From Gemmatimonadales bacterium (GTDB lineage: Bacteria; Gemmatimonadota; Gemmatimonadetes; Gemmatimonadales; Gemmatimonadaceae), in assembly GCA_038254845.1 (NCBI GenBank), contig JBBSFT010000002.1, forward strand, positions 5,059 through 69,058: a stretch of DNA of 64,000 bases, given 5' to 3'. The position numbers and the translations under genes are program-made. Each line of letters begins with the position of its first letter. The stretch's first letter is position 1. A model generated the notes under the pieces. The model had not been told where the DNA came from. It saw nothing but the letters and a program-made list of their open reading frames with translations, and did not search any database. Below are positions 27,416 to 38,528 of this stretch, in pieces.

Positions 27416-29657
27416 CAGCTTTGCCGGTGCTGCAGGGAATGTCGTGACGAACGACGACGCCCGCCGGAAAGCGCATGAAGATTACGCTATCTGCGCCGAT
27501 CGCTAGCGCTTTGCTGCAGAGCGCCTGAACGCTGGTGTCGGCCGCCGCCTGCGCACGGCGGCGCGGGACGAACGAGCCCATGCCATAGTACCGGGTGACG
27601 GTGCAACCGAGTGCCGGCATCCCGTCGATCATTACCACACCCGACAGTGCCGGCACCACAAAGGGTTGAAAGCTGCACTCCTTCGGCCGCGTCAGGATGT
27701 TCCAGTAGCTTGAATCAGACTGGGGAATGAACACCGCCAGTCTCCGGCGTGATGCAACGGGGAGTTGCTGAATGCTTTCGAGCTCGCGCACGAGTGAAAA
27801 GTTCGGCGACGCGGCAAGCCCGTTCGCCAGAATTGCCGGGTCGCGCAGCGTCAGAAAATCTCGAACATGCCCGGTCACCTCCCCGTGGCCGCTCCGCGCG
27901 TACAACTGTTGGCGAACCGCGACGTTTCGCATCAGCATCGCCATCGGCCAATCGATCGCGTTCGAGATCATGGAGCCGATCGCCACTATCGACACGAACG
28001 CAACGAGCAATGCGCGAGTCGGAATCGTCCCGACGACTCGGCGCCGTCCGGTAACATCGCGTTGTGGCCAGATACTCGCTCCGGTGGAGGCAACCCACGA
28101 CAACAGCATGGCGCACGCAAGCCATCGCTGGACGTCGGAAAAGTAAAAAGCCGATCCGCCATCGATGTGGATGATCAAACCAGGTATCACACCCACCGTG
28201 GCGATGAATACCAGAAACTCGACATCGATGAGCCGACCACTGACAATTGCGAATCGCAGCTCGCCGAGGTCGTAAATGTGTTGCGACCTCAGGCGAAAGA
28301 CGGTGTACACCCACGTCCACAAGAGGTGAACGATTGGGAAGAACACCCACCATGGGGGCGGGACGAACAACCGGATGTAGTCGAGCGGGGCCAGCCCATC
28401 GTTATGGGACGGCTGCGAAACCTGCCTGTACGTGAGATAGAAAACAACCGCGCAAACAACGAGTGCTGCGACGTATGCTGTGCGCCGGTAAAGGCGAAGC
28501 CTGAAGACAAGAAAACAAGTGCCGGCAAACGCAAGAGCCATCAGCGAGATTTTGAGATATCCGAGTAACGCTATGCCGGCGGGATAAAGCACAAACAGGA
28601 AAATCAGATCTGTCGGCGCAAGGCGTGCCGATAGAAGGTCGTTGCCCTCGACTTTGACGTCGTCAGTCCACGCGATGACGGTCGCAGCCAGGAAAAGCGC
28701 CATCGGAATCGCGATTGTGTACGATTCGGATATCAGGATATTGGACGTCCAGACACCCATTGCCTCCATTCCTGCCAGCGGCGCAATTCCGATCGAGACC
28801 GCCAGGAGAACCGCCCAGAAGGTTCCACTCAGCCGACTTTGTCGTGTTTCCGTCGCCGCTCGCCGATTTCGCAAAAAGATTGCGAGTGCAACCACGCCGC
28901 CAAAAAACAACGGGATTACGATGACAGGAAACGAGAGCTGATAAAACCGGAGGACGTCGATGTCGACGAGGTTTGCCCACTGAACGAACAGCCACGCACT
29001 TCCCCAGTGATACGGCACGTAACTCAAACCATCGATGCCGGTGGTCGCAGCGTGATACGTGCGCAACATGTTGCCAAGCGCTGACAGATTGAGCGTGTCG
29101 TGATGAACTTTTCCATCTGTGATCAGGCTCTCGAGGTACAGCGGATTCTTGTAGATCCTCCCCCACACCACCCCCGCGGTCCATACGCCGAACGCCGCCG
29201 CGCCTGCGACGTATGCGAAGGCTTTCAGTATCGACTGGTCGCCGAGCCATCTCACGAATATCAGCGCGAAGGCGAGCAAGCCGACAAGAGCGAGCGCATT
29301 GAAAGGATTGAATCCAATGACCGGCACGATTCTCCCGATCAACGCTGTGATTCCCAATCCGGCAAGCCACAGAAATGGGTACGACGCGATCCACAACTCG
29401 CTCGTTCTGAGGAACCTCACGCAGGTCTTTCGAGCAGCAAGAGGAAACGTGATCAGAAAGAGCGAGAGCGCGATACTTCGGATGACGGGAGCGGCTGGAT
29501 TATCGAACCCGGCGCGCAGGATCCAGTAGACACAGCCAATCGTGGAGGAAACAATTCCCGCGAGCACCACGAGTGTGCGCGAATCTGCGCCCGGTTTCGC
29601 GGCAGTCACTCCCGGCGCGGCCGCGAAATCAGAGCCCCGTCGATCGAGCGACGACAT
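27408..29657 (-). CDS. Large polytopic membrane protein, putative GT-C; paralog A
   Basis: 749 aa, HHDTLNL...TGIDGLSYVPYHWGSAWL; colinear with 25253-27415 along its whole length. Confidence 0.65.
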   Translation of the reverse strand: MSSLDRRGSDFAAAPGVTAAKPGADSRTLVVLAGIVSSTIGCVYWILRAGFDNPAAPVIRSIALSLFLITFPLAARKTCVRFLRTSELWIASYPFLWLAGLGITALIGRIVPVIGFNPFNALALVGLLAFALIFVRWLGDQSILKAFAYVAGAAAFGVWTAGVVWGRIYKNPLYLESLITDGKVHHDTLNLSALGNMLRTYHAATTGIDGLSYVPYHWGSAWLFVQWANLVDIDVLRFYQLSFPVIVIPLFFGGVVALAIFLRNRRAATETRQSRLSGTFWAVLLAVSIGIAPLAGMEAMGVWTSNILISESYTIAIPMALFLAATVIAWTDDVKVEGNDLLSARLAPTDLIFLFVLYPAGIALLGYLKISLMALAFAGTCFLVFRLRLYRRTAYVAALVVCAVVFYLTYRQVSQPSHNDGLAPLDYIRLFVPPPWWVFFPIVHLLWTWVYTVFRLRSQHIYDLGELRFAIVSGRLIDVEFLVFIATVGVIPGLIIHIDGGSAFYFSDVQRWLACAMLLSWVASTGASIWPQRDVTGRRRVVGTIPTRALLVAFVSIVAIGSMISNAIDWPMAMLMRNVAVRQQLYARSGHGEVTGHVRDFLTLRDPAILANGLAASPNFSLVRELESIQQLPVASRRRLAVFIPQSDSSYWNILTRPKECSFQPFVVPALSGVVMIDGMPALGCTVTRYYGMGSFVPRRRAQAAADTSVQALCSKALAIGADSVIFMRFPAGVVVRHDIPCSTGKAGD

Positions 29658-30609
29658 ACAGCGGTCGCTGCTTCACCTCGTCGTAGATGCGTCCGATGAA
29701 CTCACCAATGACGCCGATGCAGATGAGCTGAACGCCGCCCAGGAACAGCACGACGACAATCGTGGACGCCCATCCCCTCGCGGTGTGTGCCCGGCCTGCG
29801 AGTTGCTCGATGGCGAAGAAGATCCCGAGCAGGAAGCTTCCCGCCGATGCGAGAAAGCCCATGTACATCGCGAGACGGAGCGGTGCCTTCGACAACGACA
29901 TGACACCGTCCACCGCGAGCGCAATCATACTGCCGAAATTGTAGTGCGTCACGCCGGCGAATCTTGCCGGACGCTCGAACGTGATGGCCGTCTGCTTGAA
30001 TCCCAGCCAGGCGCGAAGCCCACGCACGTATCTGTTTCGCTCGGGAAGAGAATTGAGCAGCTCGACGACACGGCGATCCATCAGCGAGAAATCACCGCTG
30101 TCGAGTGGAATCTCGACCTCCGACAGGCGGCCAAGCACACGATAGAAAATTGTGTACGCCGTGCGGATGAGGAATCCGCTTCCCTCCCGTTTTGTTTTCT
30201 GCGCGTAGACGACGGCGTACCCATCGCGCCACAGCTTCATCATGTCAAGGATCAGCTCGGGAGGATCCTGCAGGTCGGCGTCGATCACGACGGAGCAATC
30301 GCCCCTCACCGCGTGGAGTCCGGCAGTTACCGCGGCCTGGTGTCCGAAATTCCTCGAGAAATGAATGGCCTTGAACCGCGGATCCGAGCGTGAGATCGAG
30401 TCGACCATCTCGGCCGTTCGGTCCTTGCTCCCGTCATCGACAAAAATGATCTCGAACGTGAGGCCTGTCGGTCCGAGCACCTGAAGCAGTCGCGAATGAA
30501 GCGCCTCGATGACCGCCTGCTCATTGAACACGGGTACGACAACAGAAAGCACGGGATTCTGCTGATTGAAGCTGTCGGTGTCTGGCGGTTGCGGTGTTTC
30601 TTCAGCCAT
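29629..30609 (-). CDS. GtrB-like bactoprenol glycosyltransferase (GT2 plus two TMs)
   Basis: VVPVFNE, VDDGSKD, FSRNFGHQAA, DADLQDPPE, SGDFSLMDR, GEFIGRIYDEVKQRPLY. Confidence 0.92.
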   Translation of the reverse strand: MAEETPQPPDTDSFNQQNPVLSVVVPVFNEQAVIEALHSRLLQVLGPTGLTFEIIFVDDGSKDRTAEMVDSISRSDPRFKAIHFSRNFGHQAAVTAGLHAVRGDCSVVIDADLQDPPELILDMMKLWRDGYAVVYAQKTKREGSGFLIRTAYTIFYRVLGRLSEVEIPLDSGDFSLMDRRVVELLNSLPERNRYVRGLRAWLGFKQTAITFERPARFAGVTHYNFGSMIALAVDGVMSLSKAPLRLAMYMGFLASAGSFLLGIFFAIEQLAGRAHTARGWASTIVVVLFLGGVQLICIGVIGEFIGRIYDEVKQRPLYVVARSTGL

Positions 30610-30674
30610 TGGGTGGGAAGAAGTTGGTTACGGCAGCCCGCTGGCCCGGGACAACGCCGGTTGGCGCGCCTGTA

Positions 30675-30702
30675 AACTTAGAATGCCCCTAGGTCATCGC
30701 AA
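30675..30702 (-). promoter_or_regulatory. Putative sigma70 promoter for the gtrB-paralog pair operon
   Basis: Minus strand TTGCGA-N16-TAAGTT in the 106-bp gap upstream of the gtrB-like gene. Confidence 0.35.
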
Positions 30703-30715
30703 GCTTGAGTCGCAG

Positions 30716-32893
30716 TCACCGGGCCGCTTTCCCGATCCACGAAACGATCCAGTTTCCATTCTCCCCTCGGCGAGATTCGGTTCTCCCTTCAAGCAGCTTC
30801 GCGTGGAGATCCGCGTAACCTGCGATCGTGTCCGTCTTGCTGTGAATCAGCCAACCCTCCGGCGTTGTGGCCGCGTCCCGCGCGATGTACACGTTGCGGC
30901 GGGCTTCAGGCAGGCTTCCGATTATCTCATAGGGCTTTGGCAGCCATGAACGTTCGCTCATTTCCGTGCGATTGCCTTCTCTCCACGCTGGGAGCATCAA
31001 CCGTCCGTCAGCGATGAGGGCCATGGGGTCTGTAACTCTCGCGCCCTGCTGCTTCAGCAAACTTGCGAGAGACGTGTCCATTGCGGGCACCTGGTCGGTG
31101 ATCGCAGAAGGAGCGAGCTGTGGTCGTGTGATTTCCGCGAGTGCCCGACCATGAGCCATGGTCAGCACAACGGGCATGATGAACGCTGGCACCATCGCCG
31201 CCCTGAGCACAGGATGCCACGCGGCTTCGCGATCAGACCGAAGAGTTCGAAGCATGAGGGAGGCCGAATACAGGAGAATCGGCGCGATGCTCAACACATT
31301 TACGGGATGACTCCGCCCCGTGAAGTAGCTTCCCACAGACCAGGCTCCGCCCCAGAGAGCAGCCAGCATGACGAGCCGCCTATCGTCCAGATCCGAGGCC
31401 AGATAAAGCGCCACTGCCGTTGAGATCGCAAAGAAAATGAGCAGGAGAAACCACACAGATCCGGTTGGGTCGATCGGCAACGCACCGAAGCCTCCTTTGC
31501 TGTAAAGGAGTGCGTACTCGATGTAGCCGTGAAGGTCCGGTGCGCTGCTGGCGACAGCGCGAGCGACTACCTCAACTGCTAAGAAAGCGATAAGGGCAAA
31601 GGCAACCGGAATGCTTACGAGCTTTGTCAGCTGGCCTGCTACATCAGGCCCGCGACGGTTCACTGCCCGCCATTTCCGCGCTGCCTGGAAGAGATAGATG
31701 GCCAGCGCCGAAAACCATATAGCCGAGCAGTAGATACCGGCCTCAGCCGACCACAGCACCGCGAAGATCCACAGGGCCGAGCCGCCCACGACAAACCTCG
31801 TTTCATCGCCCGGTTTCTGAGTTGTATCTGCTCTATTCATTCCTGCCGATATGCCGACAATCCCTCGCATCAGCCAGGCAAGCAGCAGAAACATCGGGAT
31901 GAAACGAACCGGCCCGCCCGATGGGGTCATCTGCGCCGGCAACAACAGGGTCGCCGTTCGCGGACGAAAGAAAAGCGTGGTGAATACCAGAGCAAACGAC
32001 AGGAATGTAGTCGGCATTCCACGCCCCATGCGTCGGATGCCGACGTACATGATCGCCGCGACAACTGCGAAAATCACCGACTGAAAGAACCAGAACGATT
32101 CCCACGCCGTGCCGGGCATAATCGTCGGGATCAAAATCGACAGAAGACCATACTGTGACGGCGTGTCCCACAAGAGCTGGCCGCCCTGTCGCAGTTGCTC
32201 CATCGGACCGATGTAAAAGCCCCAGTGATAGAACTCGACGATCGGAAAAGTCCGGAAGCCGAACAAGGCGAGAACTGCGATCGCGATCCAGTCCAGAGGC
32301 ATGAGGCGCGAAGCGCTTTCGGATGCGCCGTCTCCATCCTCGCGCATCGCCAGACACGCGCAGACGGAAACGATCAACAGAACGAGCGCTGCCTGTGGCC
32401 GCCCGACGAGCCAGCGGGTTGCATCCCCCCATGACACGAGGCCTGACACTGCCATCCATCCAAAGGTCCCGGCAACGATCGATGCGAGGATGCTTCCCGG
32501 CTGCGTCACAAGCTCCCGAAGCGGCTTGCGATGGGTAATCGATACGACAGCGCCTGCGGCTGCCAGCGAAAGTCCGATGCTGCCAAAGCGCGAGGGTGCA
32601 CGGATGGCATACAGTATCGCAAGTAACAATGCGAGGAAGACGATTGTCTTCCGGAACGACGACAGGCGCGTTCCGCCTCTCGCGAGCAATAGCACGACCG
32701 GCGGGAAAAAGACGAGCAGCGACATATAGAGCGACCACTCGATGCTCTCCTGCAAGCCCTTGTGTCCGGCCATGTGAAAGAGAGCTGGAGCGAGCCGCCA
32801 CGCGACTACCACGCCGAGTATGCCCGTACACGCGGGCCACAGGCACTCGAGGCCGGCAGGCCCCTGACGCTCTGGCGCGGTGTTAGACGACAA
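30716..32893 (-). CDS. Large polytopic membrane protein, putative GT-C
   Basis: About 725 aa, many TMs, loop [12 protein letters not shown]...[18 protein letters not shown]; TTG start approximate. Confidence 0.6.
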   Translation of the reverse strand: MSSNTAPERQGPAGLECLWPACTGILGVVVAWRLAPALFHMAGHKGLQESIEWSLYMSLLVFFPPVVLLLARGGTRLSSFRKTIVFLALLLAILYAIRAPSRFGSIGLSLAAAGAVVSITHRKPLRELVTQPGSILASIVAGTFGWMAVSGLVSWGDATRWLVGRPQAALVLLIVSVCACLAMREDGDGASESASRLMPLDWIAIAVLALFGFRTFPIVEFYHWGFYIGPMEQLRQGGQLLWDTPSQYGLLSILIPTIMPGTAWESFWFFQSVIFAVVAAIMYVGIRRMGRGMPTTFLSFALVFTTLFFRPRTATLLLPAQMTPSGGPVRFIPMFLLLAWLMRGIVGISAGMNRADTTQKPGDETRFVVGGSALWIFAVLWSAEAGIYCSAIWFSALAIYLFQAARKWRAVNRRGPDVAGQLTKLVSIPVAFALIAFLAVEVVARAVASSAPDLHGYIEYALLYSKGGFGALPIDPTGSVWFLLLIFFAISTAVALYLASDLDDRRLVMLAALWGGAWSVGSYFTGRSHPVNVLSIAPILLYSASLMLRTLRSDREAAWHPVLRAAMVPAFIMPVVLTMAHGRALAEITRPQLAPSAITDQVPAMDTSLASLLKQQGARVTDPMALIADGRLMLPAWREGNRTEMSERSWLPKPYEIIGSLPEARRNVYIARDAATTPEGWLIHSKTDTIAGYADLHAKLLEGRTESRRGENGNWIVSWIGKAAR

Positions 32894-34157
32894 CCAGCAG
32901 ATCTGCCGCGACGAGCCTATCTGCGATCGCGGCCGCTTCCTCCCCTGAGACTCCGATCTGCGCAGCGAGGTCGATGAGGTCTCTCGAGCCATCGGCATAG
33001 GCGAGCATGTTCGTCATGGCGCGGGCGCCCAGACCGGAGCCGCGCGTGCTCAGAGTAGGATAGAGCCCACGCTTGCCGAGCTGTGGTTCGCAGAGAGTGG
33101 TCGCGCGGTAGGTGTGATTGCGCTCTAGAAGCTCGATGCACTTGCGGATTGCATCGAAAGCACCTTCGAGCCCCGTCGCAGTTATCAGTTTCAGATCGTC
33201 GAGCGACGTGTGGTATTCAGGATAGCTGTTGTATCTCGTTCGCATTATCGATACAACGGGCAGGTCGATGCCGGGACTGCAATACTGCCGCTCGTCGCTG
33301 CCGCGATCCATGAATGAATACTCGACGTGGTCTGGCGCATGCCGGCTCATCACCAGCTTCGCTGCCCTGTCCGCGAGCGTGTTTCCGTTTCGGGATCGGA
33401 GAAACGAATAGGCGCGATCGTCGCCAACGCATGTCACGACAAATCCGGCGATCGTGTTGCGCTTCATCTCGTCGAGGTTTCGACTCAGGTAGACAATCGA
33501 TCCGATGGTCTCCGGAACGAAGAGGATTCGATACGTAAAGCGACGATCGGTTCTCGCCTGGAGCCATTCGGCGAGTGCGGTTGTGACAACCGGCCCCGAG
33601 AGCTCGTTATTGCCGAGCGATGGATGACAGATGTACGTCGAGAGAAGGATCTCGCTTTGTTCTCTGCCGCGAAGGATCACCTCGCCATAGGTCAGCGAGC
33701 CCGGCTCGAGAATGCTGTCGATGACGACGTGATACCGGCCATCCTTCAGTCGCTCACGGTCAACGTGAGCGAGACAGAATCCCCAGCGGCGCTGGTAGTA
33801 CGACGTCACATATGGAATCGCCGTCGGCTGATCCGGCAGCGAATGGAGATGCGGCTGCAGCTCCGACAGCGTCATCGATTCATCCACCGGAGTCGAATAG
33901 CCGACGACGTGCAGATTGCTCCGGGCGAAATCGACGACTCTTCTCCCGGATTCGTCTTCGATGTATGCGCCGCGGATATTCCACTCGTCGGGTACGTTCC
34001 AGTCGAATGCCTTGGTGCCCGAGGGTACCTCGTGAACTTCGAGAGAGGGAACGATTTTCCTGAGGTAGGCGAGCGTCTGCCTCACGCCGTCGCCGGTGAT
34101 GCTCCGGCATATCGGAAACAAGTCGGTTGCCCAGCCGTGCATTCGCTCTCCGATCAT
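32883..34157 (-). CDS. DUF4910/DUF2172 aminopeptidase-like protein with C-terminal winged HTH
   Basis: [70 protein letters not shown]; ATGA-coupled to the AAC(3)-like gene. Confidence 0.9.
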   Translation of the reverse strand: MIGERMHGWATDLFPICRSITGDGVRQTLAYLRKIVPSLEVHEVPSGTKAFDWNVPDEWNIRGAYIEDESGRRVVDFARSNLHVVGYSTPVDESMTLSELQPHLHSLPDQPTAIPYVTSYYQRRWGFCLAHVDRERLKDGRYHVVIDSILEPGSLTYGEVILRGREQSEILLSTYICHPSLGNNELSGPVVTTALAEWLQARTDRRFTYRILFVPETIGSIVYLSRNLDEMKRNTIAGFVVTCVGDDRAYSFLRSRNGNTLADRAAKLVMSRHAPDHVEYSFMDRGSDERQYCSPGIDLPVVSIMRTRYNSYPEYHTSLDDLKLITATGLEGAFDAIRKCIELLERNHTYRATTLCEPQLGKRGLYPTLSTRGSGLGARAMTNMLAYADGSRDLIDLAAQIGVSGEEAAAIADRLVAADLLVVV

Positions 34158-35002
34158 TCCGCTTCGACCGGATTTGTGTCCATTGTTTCGAAATCGCCAA
34201 TCTCGAAGCGACGGCCGAGCTTTGCGAGGGTTGGTTCTACCCACGCAAGTGTCGATTGATCGAGGAGCGACAGTGGATTCGCCCTCATGTCATCGACCCA
34301 GAGACCGACAAGGTCGCGCGCGGACGCCGCAAGGATCTGCGGATGCAATTCCAGTCGGCGGCAGACACCGGCCGCAATTGCTTCGTCGAGGAGCCGAGGC
34401 CAGTCGTAGTCGAGCCCCTTGTCGAGTGGTCGTACATGATAGTTGAGCGATCCAGTTTCAATGTTTCCCGCCGGCATGCGCACCGATCCGCTGAAAACCT
34501 TGTCGTAACGGTAGGGCGGCCCCCCCGCCAATCGCTCGGCGTGGTGAACGATCGTGTTGCAATGAAAGGTGTCGCCATAGAAAAAGATGACGGCATCGTG
34601 TTCGACCAGCCACGCGAAAATGGATTCCATGCCGAAGGGATCGGTTTTATCGCCCCAATCGACTGAAGGCATTGGTCCGTCACCGCTTACTGAAAAGATC
34701 GGCACCGGAGTCCGCCACTCGGCGGCCGTTGTCCGATAGCGCTCGGGGATTGGTCCGAGCTGAGCGGGATCGGCGCCGACGTCGAACAGGCGTGTTCGGG
34801 GAAAGTCATAGTTGAAGGACGGAATCAACAAGCTTCGGTTGTCCGCAATCCTGCGGAGCAGATTGATATGCAGGTCGAGGTACGCGTTGCGGTCGCGCGT
34901 TGGAGGCACAAGAATAGCCACGCGAAACGCGTCCGAGTGCACAAACATGGGGCCTGCCCCCAAGCCGGCGACGAGCGCCCGTGAAACTTCAGCTACACCC
35001 AT
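34154..35002 (-). CDS. AAC(3)/Antibiotic_NAT-family N-acyltransferase
   Basis: [39 protein letters not shown]. Confidence 0.75.
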   Translation of the reverse strand: MGVAEVSRALVAGLGAGPMFVHSDAFRVAILVPPTRDRNAYLDLHINLLRRIADNRSLLIPSFNYDFPRTRLFDVGADPAQLGPIPERYRTTAAEWRTPVPIFSVSGDGPMPSVDWGDKTDPFGMESIFAWLVEHDAVIFFYGDTFHCNTIVHHAERLAGGPPYRYDKVFSGSVRMPAGNIETGSLNYHVRPLDKGLDYDWPRLLDEAIAAGVCRRLELHPQILAASARDLVGLWVDDMRANPLSLLDQSTLAWVEPTLAKLGRRFEIGDFETMDTNPVEAE

Positions 35003-35116
35003 GCACACCGAACTCCGCGCTCAGCACCGAGTCCCTCCAACACACCGGAAAACGTCGAATGCAACGCTCGTTCCCGGCGATTACGTTGTTTGGACTCTCA
35101 TGGCCGATAAAATAGC

Positions 35117-37036
35117 TTGTTAGGATTTCTGCCGCTGTTGGCCTTGGCGGCCTGTTGGCGCACATGTTCTCAGCGCGCCTCCGACTTCAGGATTGGATTG
35201 TTTCGCGGCGCCGTTATCTGGGGCGTCGCACTTGTAACCATCACCGAGCTGCTCAGCGTATTCGAGCAGTTGAATCGGGTGGCCGTGGCGTTCGCATGGG
35301 TTGTCTTCTGCGTCGTCGCGTTGCTGGCCGGGCGGCGAATGCAAACCGCGGCGCCAGCCGTCAACCGTCCCCTCGCTGACTTGATTGGAGACGACTCGCT
35401 TGTCCGCGCTCAGTTTGTTGCAATCGCGCTGATCGCAGCGACCGCACTGGTACTCGCGCTGATGGCCGCGCCCACGACCGCAGATTCGATGACTTATCAC
35501 CTCCCGCGCGTGGAGCATTGGATCCAGAATCACAGCGTCGCACCATATCGCAGCAATATCGAGCGCGAGCTGTGGCCGGGACCGGGCGCGGAGTACATCA
35601 TGCTTCACGTCGAAATTCTGAGCCGCAGCGATCGAGGAGTGACGCTGATCCTGTGGACGTCGTACGCAGCTAACATCGTCGTCGCGTGGCTCCTTGCAGG
35701 AGAACTCCACGCAACGCGGCGGGGACAGGCATTCGCTGCTTTTCTCGCGGCGACGATGCCGGGGGCGGTGGCTCAGGCAACGGGAGCGCAGGTTGAGCTC
35801 GTTTTCTCGTTCTGGCTCGGATGCGCTGTGTTTCTCGGACTTCGGCTAGGATCTGTCGAGCGCGGTGCAAGGTGGCTTTGGCCGTCGCTCGTATTCGGCG
35901 CGGCCGTGGGGATCGCGATCTTCACGAAGGCGACGGCGTATGTGTATTTTCTTCCGTTCGGACTCTGGTTCCTGATCGCCTCGTTTCGTCGATTCGGCTT
36001 GGGCGCGGCGAGAATATGGGCTGTCGCGGGAGCAACGGCCCTTGCGATCAATGCACCTCACTACTATCGCAACGTCGTTCTCTACGGCAATCCGCTCAGC
36101 AAGCCAGGCGCGAACGGCGTGGTCAACTCCTCGTTCTTTCCTGGCGGGACAGTCTCGAACGTAGTCAGAAACGTTTCTCTCCACTTCGGGACGCCGATTG
36201 CTTCGTTCAACAATGCCGTCGAGGCCGGAGTCATCGCACTCGACGCAAGTCTAGGCGTCGCTCCCGATGACAGGCGGACGACCTTTCCGGGTGAGCGCTA
36301 CCACTTCACCTCGAACCAGTCAGCAGAACAGACCGCCGGATCGCCTGTTCAGATGGTGCTCGCATTCTTCGCTCTCGGTTTCCTACTCGTTCGTGGCCGC
36401 ACCGTATACCGGACACAGCTCGAGTACATGCTGTGTGTGGCCGCAGGATTTCTTCTTTTCTCCTTCTACCTGAGATGGCAGCCGTGGCACGCGCGGCTCC
36501 ACGTGCCGCTATTAATGCTCGCCGCTCCGATTTCCGGCTTCGTGCTCGAGAAGGTTCGGAGGGGCTGGATCATCTCGGGAATATCGGCTGTGGCCGTCCT
36601 CGCGGCGCTGCCTCCGCTACTTCGCAACCCCGCGCGACCGCTGTTCGCTGCTGAGCCGGTGTACCGAGTACCTCGTGAGCGACAGTATTTCGCGGAGCAT
36701 ATGAATCTTTACGCGCCATACGTCGCCGCCAGCGATCATCTGAAGGCCCTGGGCTGTCATGATCTCGGATTGTGGGTTCGTGGCGATGCTGCCGAATATC
36801 CCCTGTGGACCATGCTACGCACCGATGGACGTGACGGTGTGCGGATCAGGCACATCTCGATCGGCAACCAGTCGGCCGATCTCGTCCGTACGCCAGACGG
36901 CGACAATTTCACTCCCTGTGCTCTCATGTACGTCGCGTCCGAAGGGAGATCCGTTCCTCTTGTCGTGCCGTCGGGCTACGATCTCACCTGGCGATTGAGT
37001 GACATCAGGATCTACACGCCGTCAACTCGGAAATAG
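35117..37036 (+). CDS. GT-C (ArnT/PMT-like) membrane glycosyltransferase
   Basis: APTTADSMTYHLPRVEHWIQN acidic first loop, TKAT, PHYYRN...GNP, RWQPWHARL, EYPLW; about 13 TMs. Confidence 0.78.
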   Translation: MLGFLPLLALAACWRTCSQRASDFRIGLFRGAVIWGVALVTITELLSVFEQLNRVAVAFAWVVFCVVALLAGRRMQTAAPAVNRPLADLIGDDSLVRAQFVAIALIAATALVLALMAAPTTADSMTYHLPRVEHWIQNHSVAPYRSNIERELWPGPGAEYIMLHVEILSRSDRGVTLILWTSYAANIVVAWLLAGELHATRRGQAFAAFLAATMPGAVAQATGAQVELVFSFWLGCAVFLGLRLGSVERGARWLWPSLVFGAAVGIAIFTKATAYVYFLPFGLWFLIASFRRFGLGAARIWAVAGATALAINAPHYYRNVVLYGNPLSKPGANGVVNSSFFPGGTVSNVVRNVSLHFGTPIASFNNAVEAGVIALDASLGVAPDDRRTTFPGERYHFTSNQSAEQTAGSPVQMVLAFFALGFLLVRGRTVYRTQLEYMLCVAAGFLLFSFYLRWQPWHARLHVPLLMLAAPISGFVLEKVRRGWIISGISAVAVLAALPPLLRNPARPLFAAEPVYRVPRERQYFAEHMNLYAPYVAASDHLKALGCHDLGLWVRGDAAEYPLWTMLRTDGRDGVRIRHISIGNQSADLVRTPDGDNFTPCALMYVASEGRSVPLVVPSGYDLTWRLSDIRIYTPSTRK

Positions 37037-37223
37037 CTCGTTCCGGAGGGCTCGGATCGAAGTCCGCCTATTCGATGACTTCGGTGTTCGGCCGTGAGCC
37101 AAAATTCCATCGCCAGATAGCGCGAGGTAAGCCCAGATCAGTGTCAGATTTGATCCGGACATCCGGCCGATCCGATCACCCACGTCATAAAAGCTGCGGA
37201 AGCCGAAGCTCTCTACTCAACGC

Positions 37224-38528
37224 TCACCTCTGCTTGAACCGGTGACTCATCGCCACTTCACCGATCGAGACGCGATGTGGGGCGAGCTGCTTCTGGAGGT
37301 GGGACCGAAAGTGAGAGATCAATGCTCTCCGGTCGAGTGAAGCCCCCGGTTTCGGCTCACAGGTCACCTCGACGTGCTGGCCTGTCAACGGATTGGCCAC
37401 GCCAGTGGCTTTCGCACGCACCACATCCGGATACAGCAACGCCACACGCTCGATCTCCGATGGAAGAATCTTGAGGCCGCCAACATTTATCACTTCCTTG
37501 GCCCGTCCAACGACCTTGATGAAGTCACCGTCCTGCTCGACCAGATCACCCGTATCGTACCATCCGTCGACAACTGGCGATTGCGCGTTCAGGTAGCCGA
37601 GCATGCGATTTTCGGAGTGGATGTGGAGCACGCCGTCGACGACGCGTTTCTCGATTCCCTTCCCGCCGATCTGCATCCAGAGGCTGTCTCGCGCTTTCGA
37701 TCTGACCTGAAAAACCCCAAGCTCCGAGAGTCCGTACGTCTGCCGGAAATCGACGTTCGGAAGAGTGGCACACAAACGCTCCAGCGTGCCCTGATCCATC
37801 CGCTCCGTTCCATAGGTGACAATCCGGAGACTCGGCAACGACTGGGAATCCAGCACGCCACCGAGAAGCATCATGCGCAGAAACGTTGGGGTTGCCGGGA
37901 GAAGCTCAACGCCATGGAGAGAGATTTCTTCCGCAACCGCTTCGGGTGTTCTGGCAGACGGGACAACGACCACTCCCCCATTGAACAAGGTGTGCAGCAT
38001 TGTGTTAATGCCGCCGGCGTGATCGAACAACAGGAAGTTGAGACTCCGAAGGGGGGCGCGCCGAACGGCGTACCGCGCCAGAAAATTCTCGAAGTCGTGG
38101 AGAATCGCCTTCGGCCGGCCGGTCGTTCCCGACGAAAAAAAGATGATGCCCGGATGCCGGCGCGCGCGCAGCTCGCCGATCAGCGAACTCTCTTCTTTCT
38201 CGGCGTTTCGTTTTGTTGTGACACCGTTATCGATCACCCAATCGACCCGACCTGCGTCGAAGAAATACTCGTGATCCGCGCGGGTGCCGTCGGTCAGCGG
38301 CATCACGATCGCGTCGTTGTCGAGAAGTCTGAACAGAATCGACAACGTGTCGCGGTCGAAATCACCGATCAGGGCAACAACATCTCCCGGCTCAATCTCG
38401 GAAATGCCGGATCTGTCCGCACTCGACACCGACGCGATTTCATTGAACGCCAGGGATCCGCGGTCACTGATGAGAAACGGCTCGCTGCTTTCGGAGTGAC
38501 GACTGGCGAGCTCCTCCAGGATCCGCAA
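37224..38528 (-). CDS. AMP-dependent acyl ligase (ANL superfamily)
   Basis: FSSGTTGRPKA, YGLSE, WYDTGD, GRAKEVINVGG, terminal RFK. Confidence 0.9.
   Translation of the reverse strand: MRILEELASRHSESSEPFLISDRGSLAFNEIASVSSADRSGISEIEPGDVVALIGDFDRDTLSILFRLLDNDAIVMPLTDGTRADHEYFFDAGRVDWVIDNGVTTKRNAEKEESSLIGELRARRHPGIIFFSSGTTGRPKAILHDFENFLARYAVRRAPLRSLNFLLFDHAGGINTMLHTLFNGGVVVVPSARTPEAVAEEISLHGVELLPATPTFLRMMLLGGVLDSQSLPSLRIVTYGTERMDQGTLERLCATLPNVDFRQTYGLSELGVFQVRSKARDSLWMQIGGKGIEKRVVDGVLHIHSENRMLGYLNAQSPVVDGWYDTGDLVEQDGDFIKVVGRAKEVINVGGLKILPSEIERVALLYPDVVRAKATGVANPLTGQHVEVTCEPKPGASLDRRALISHFRSHLQKQLAPHRVSIGEVAMSHRFKQR

Noticed and set aside
34154-35002. Aminoglycoside resistance gene aac(3)
   Set aside because: Family motifs are present, but it is coupled to DUF4910 in a glycan locus with no mobile context; a biosynthetic acyltransferase role is more plausible
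37037-37223. Short GATCCG-like repeats in the intergenic gap (also 18587-18645)
   Set aside because: Too short and irregular for CRISPR, REP or iteron calls
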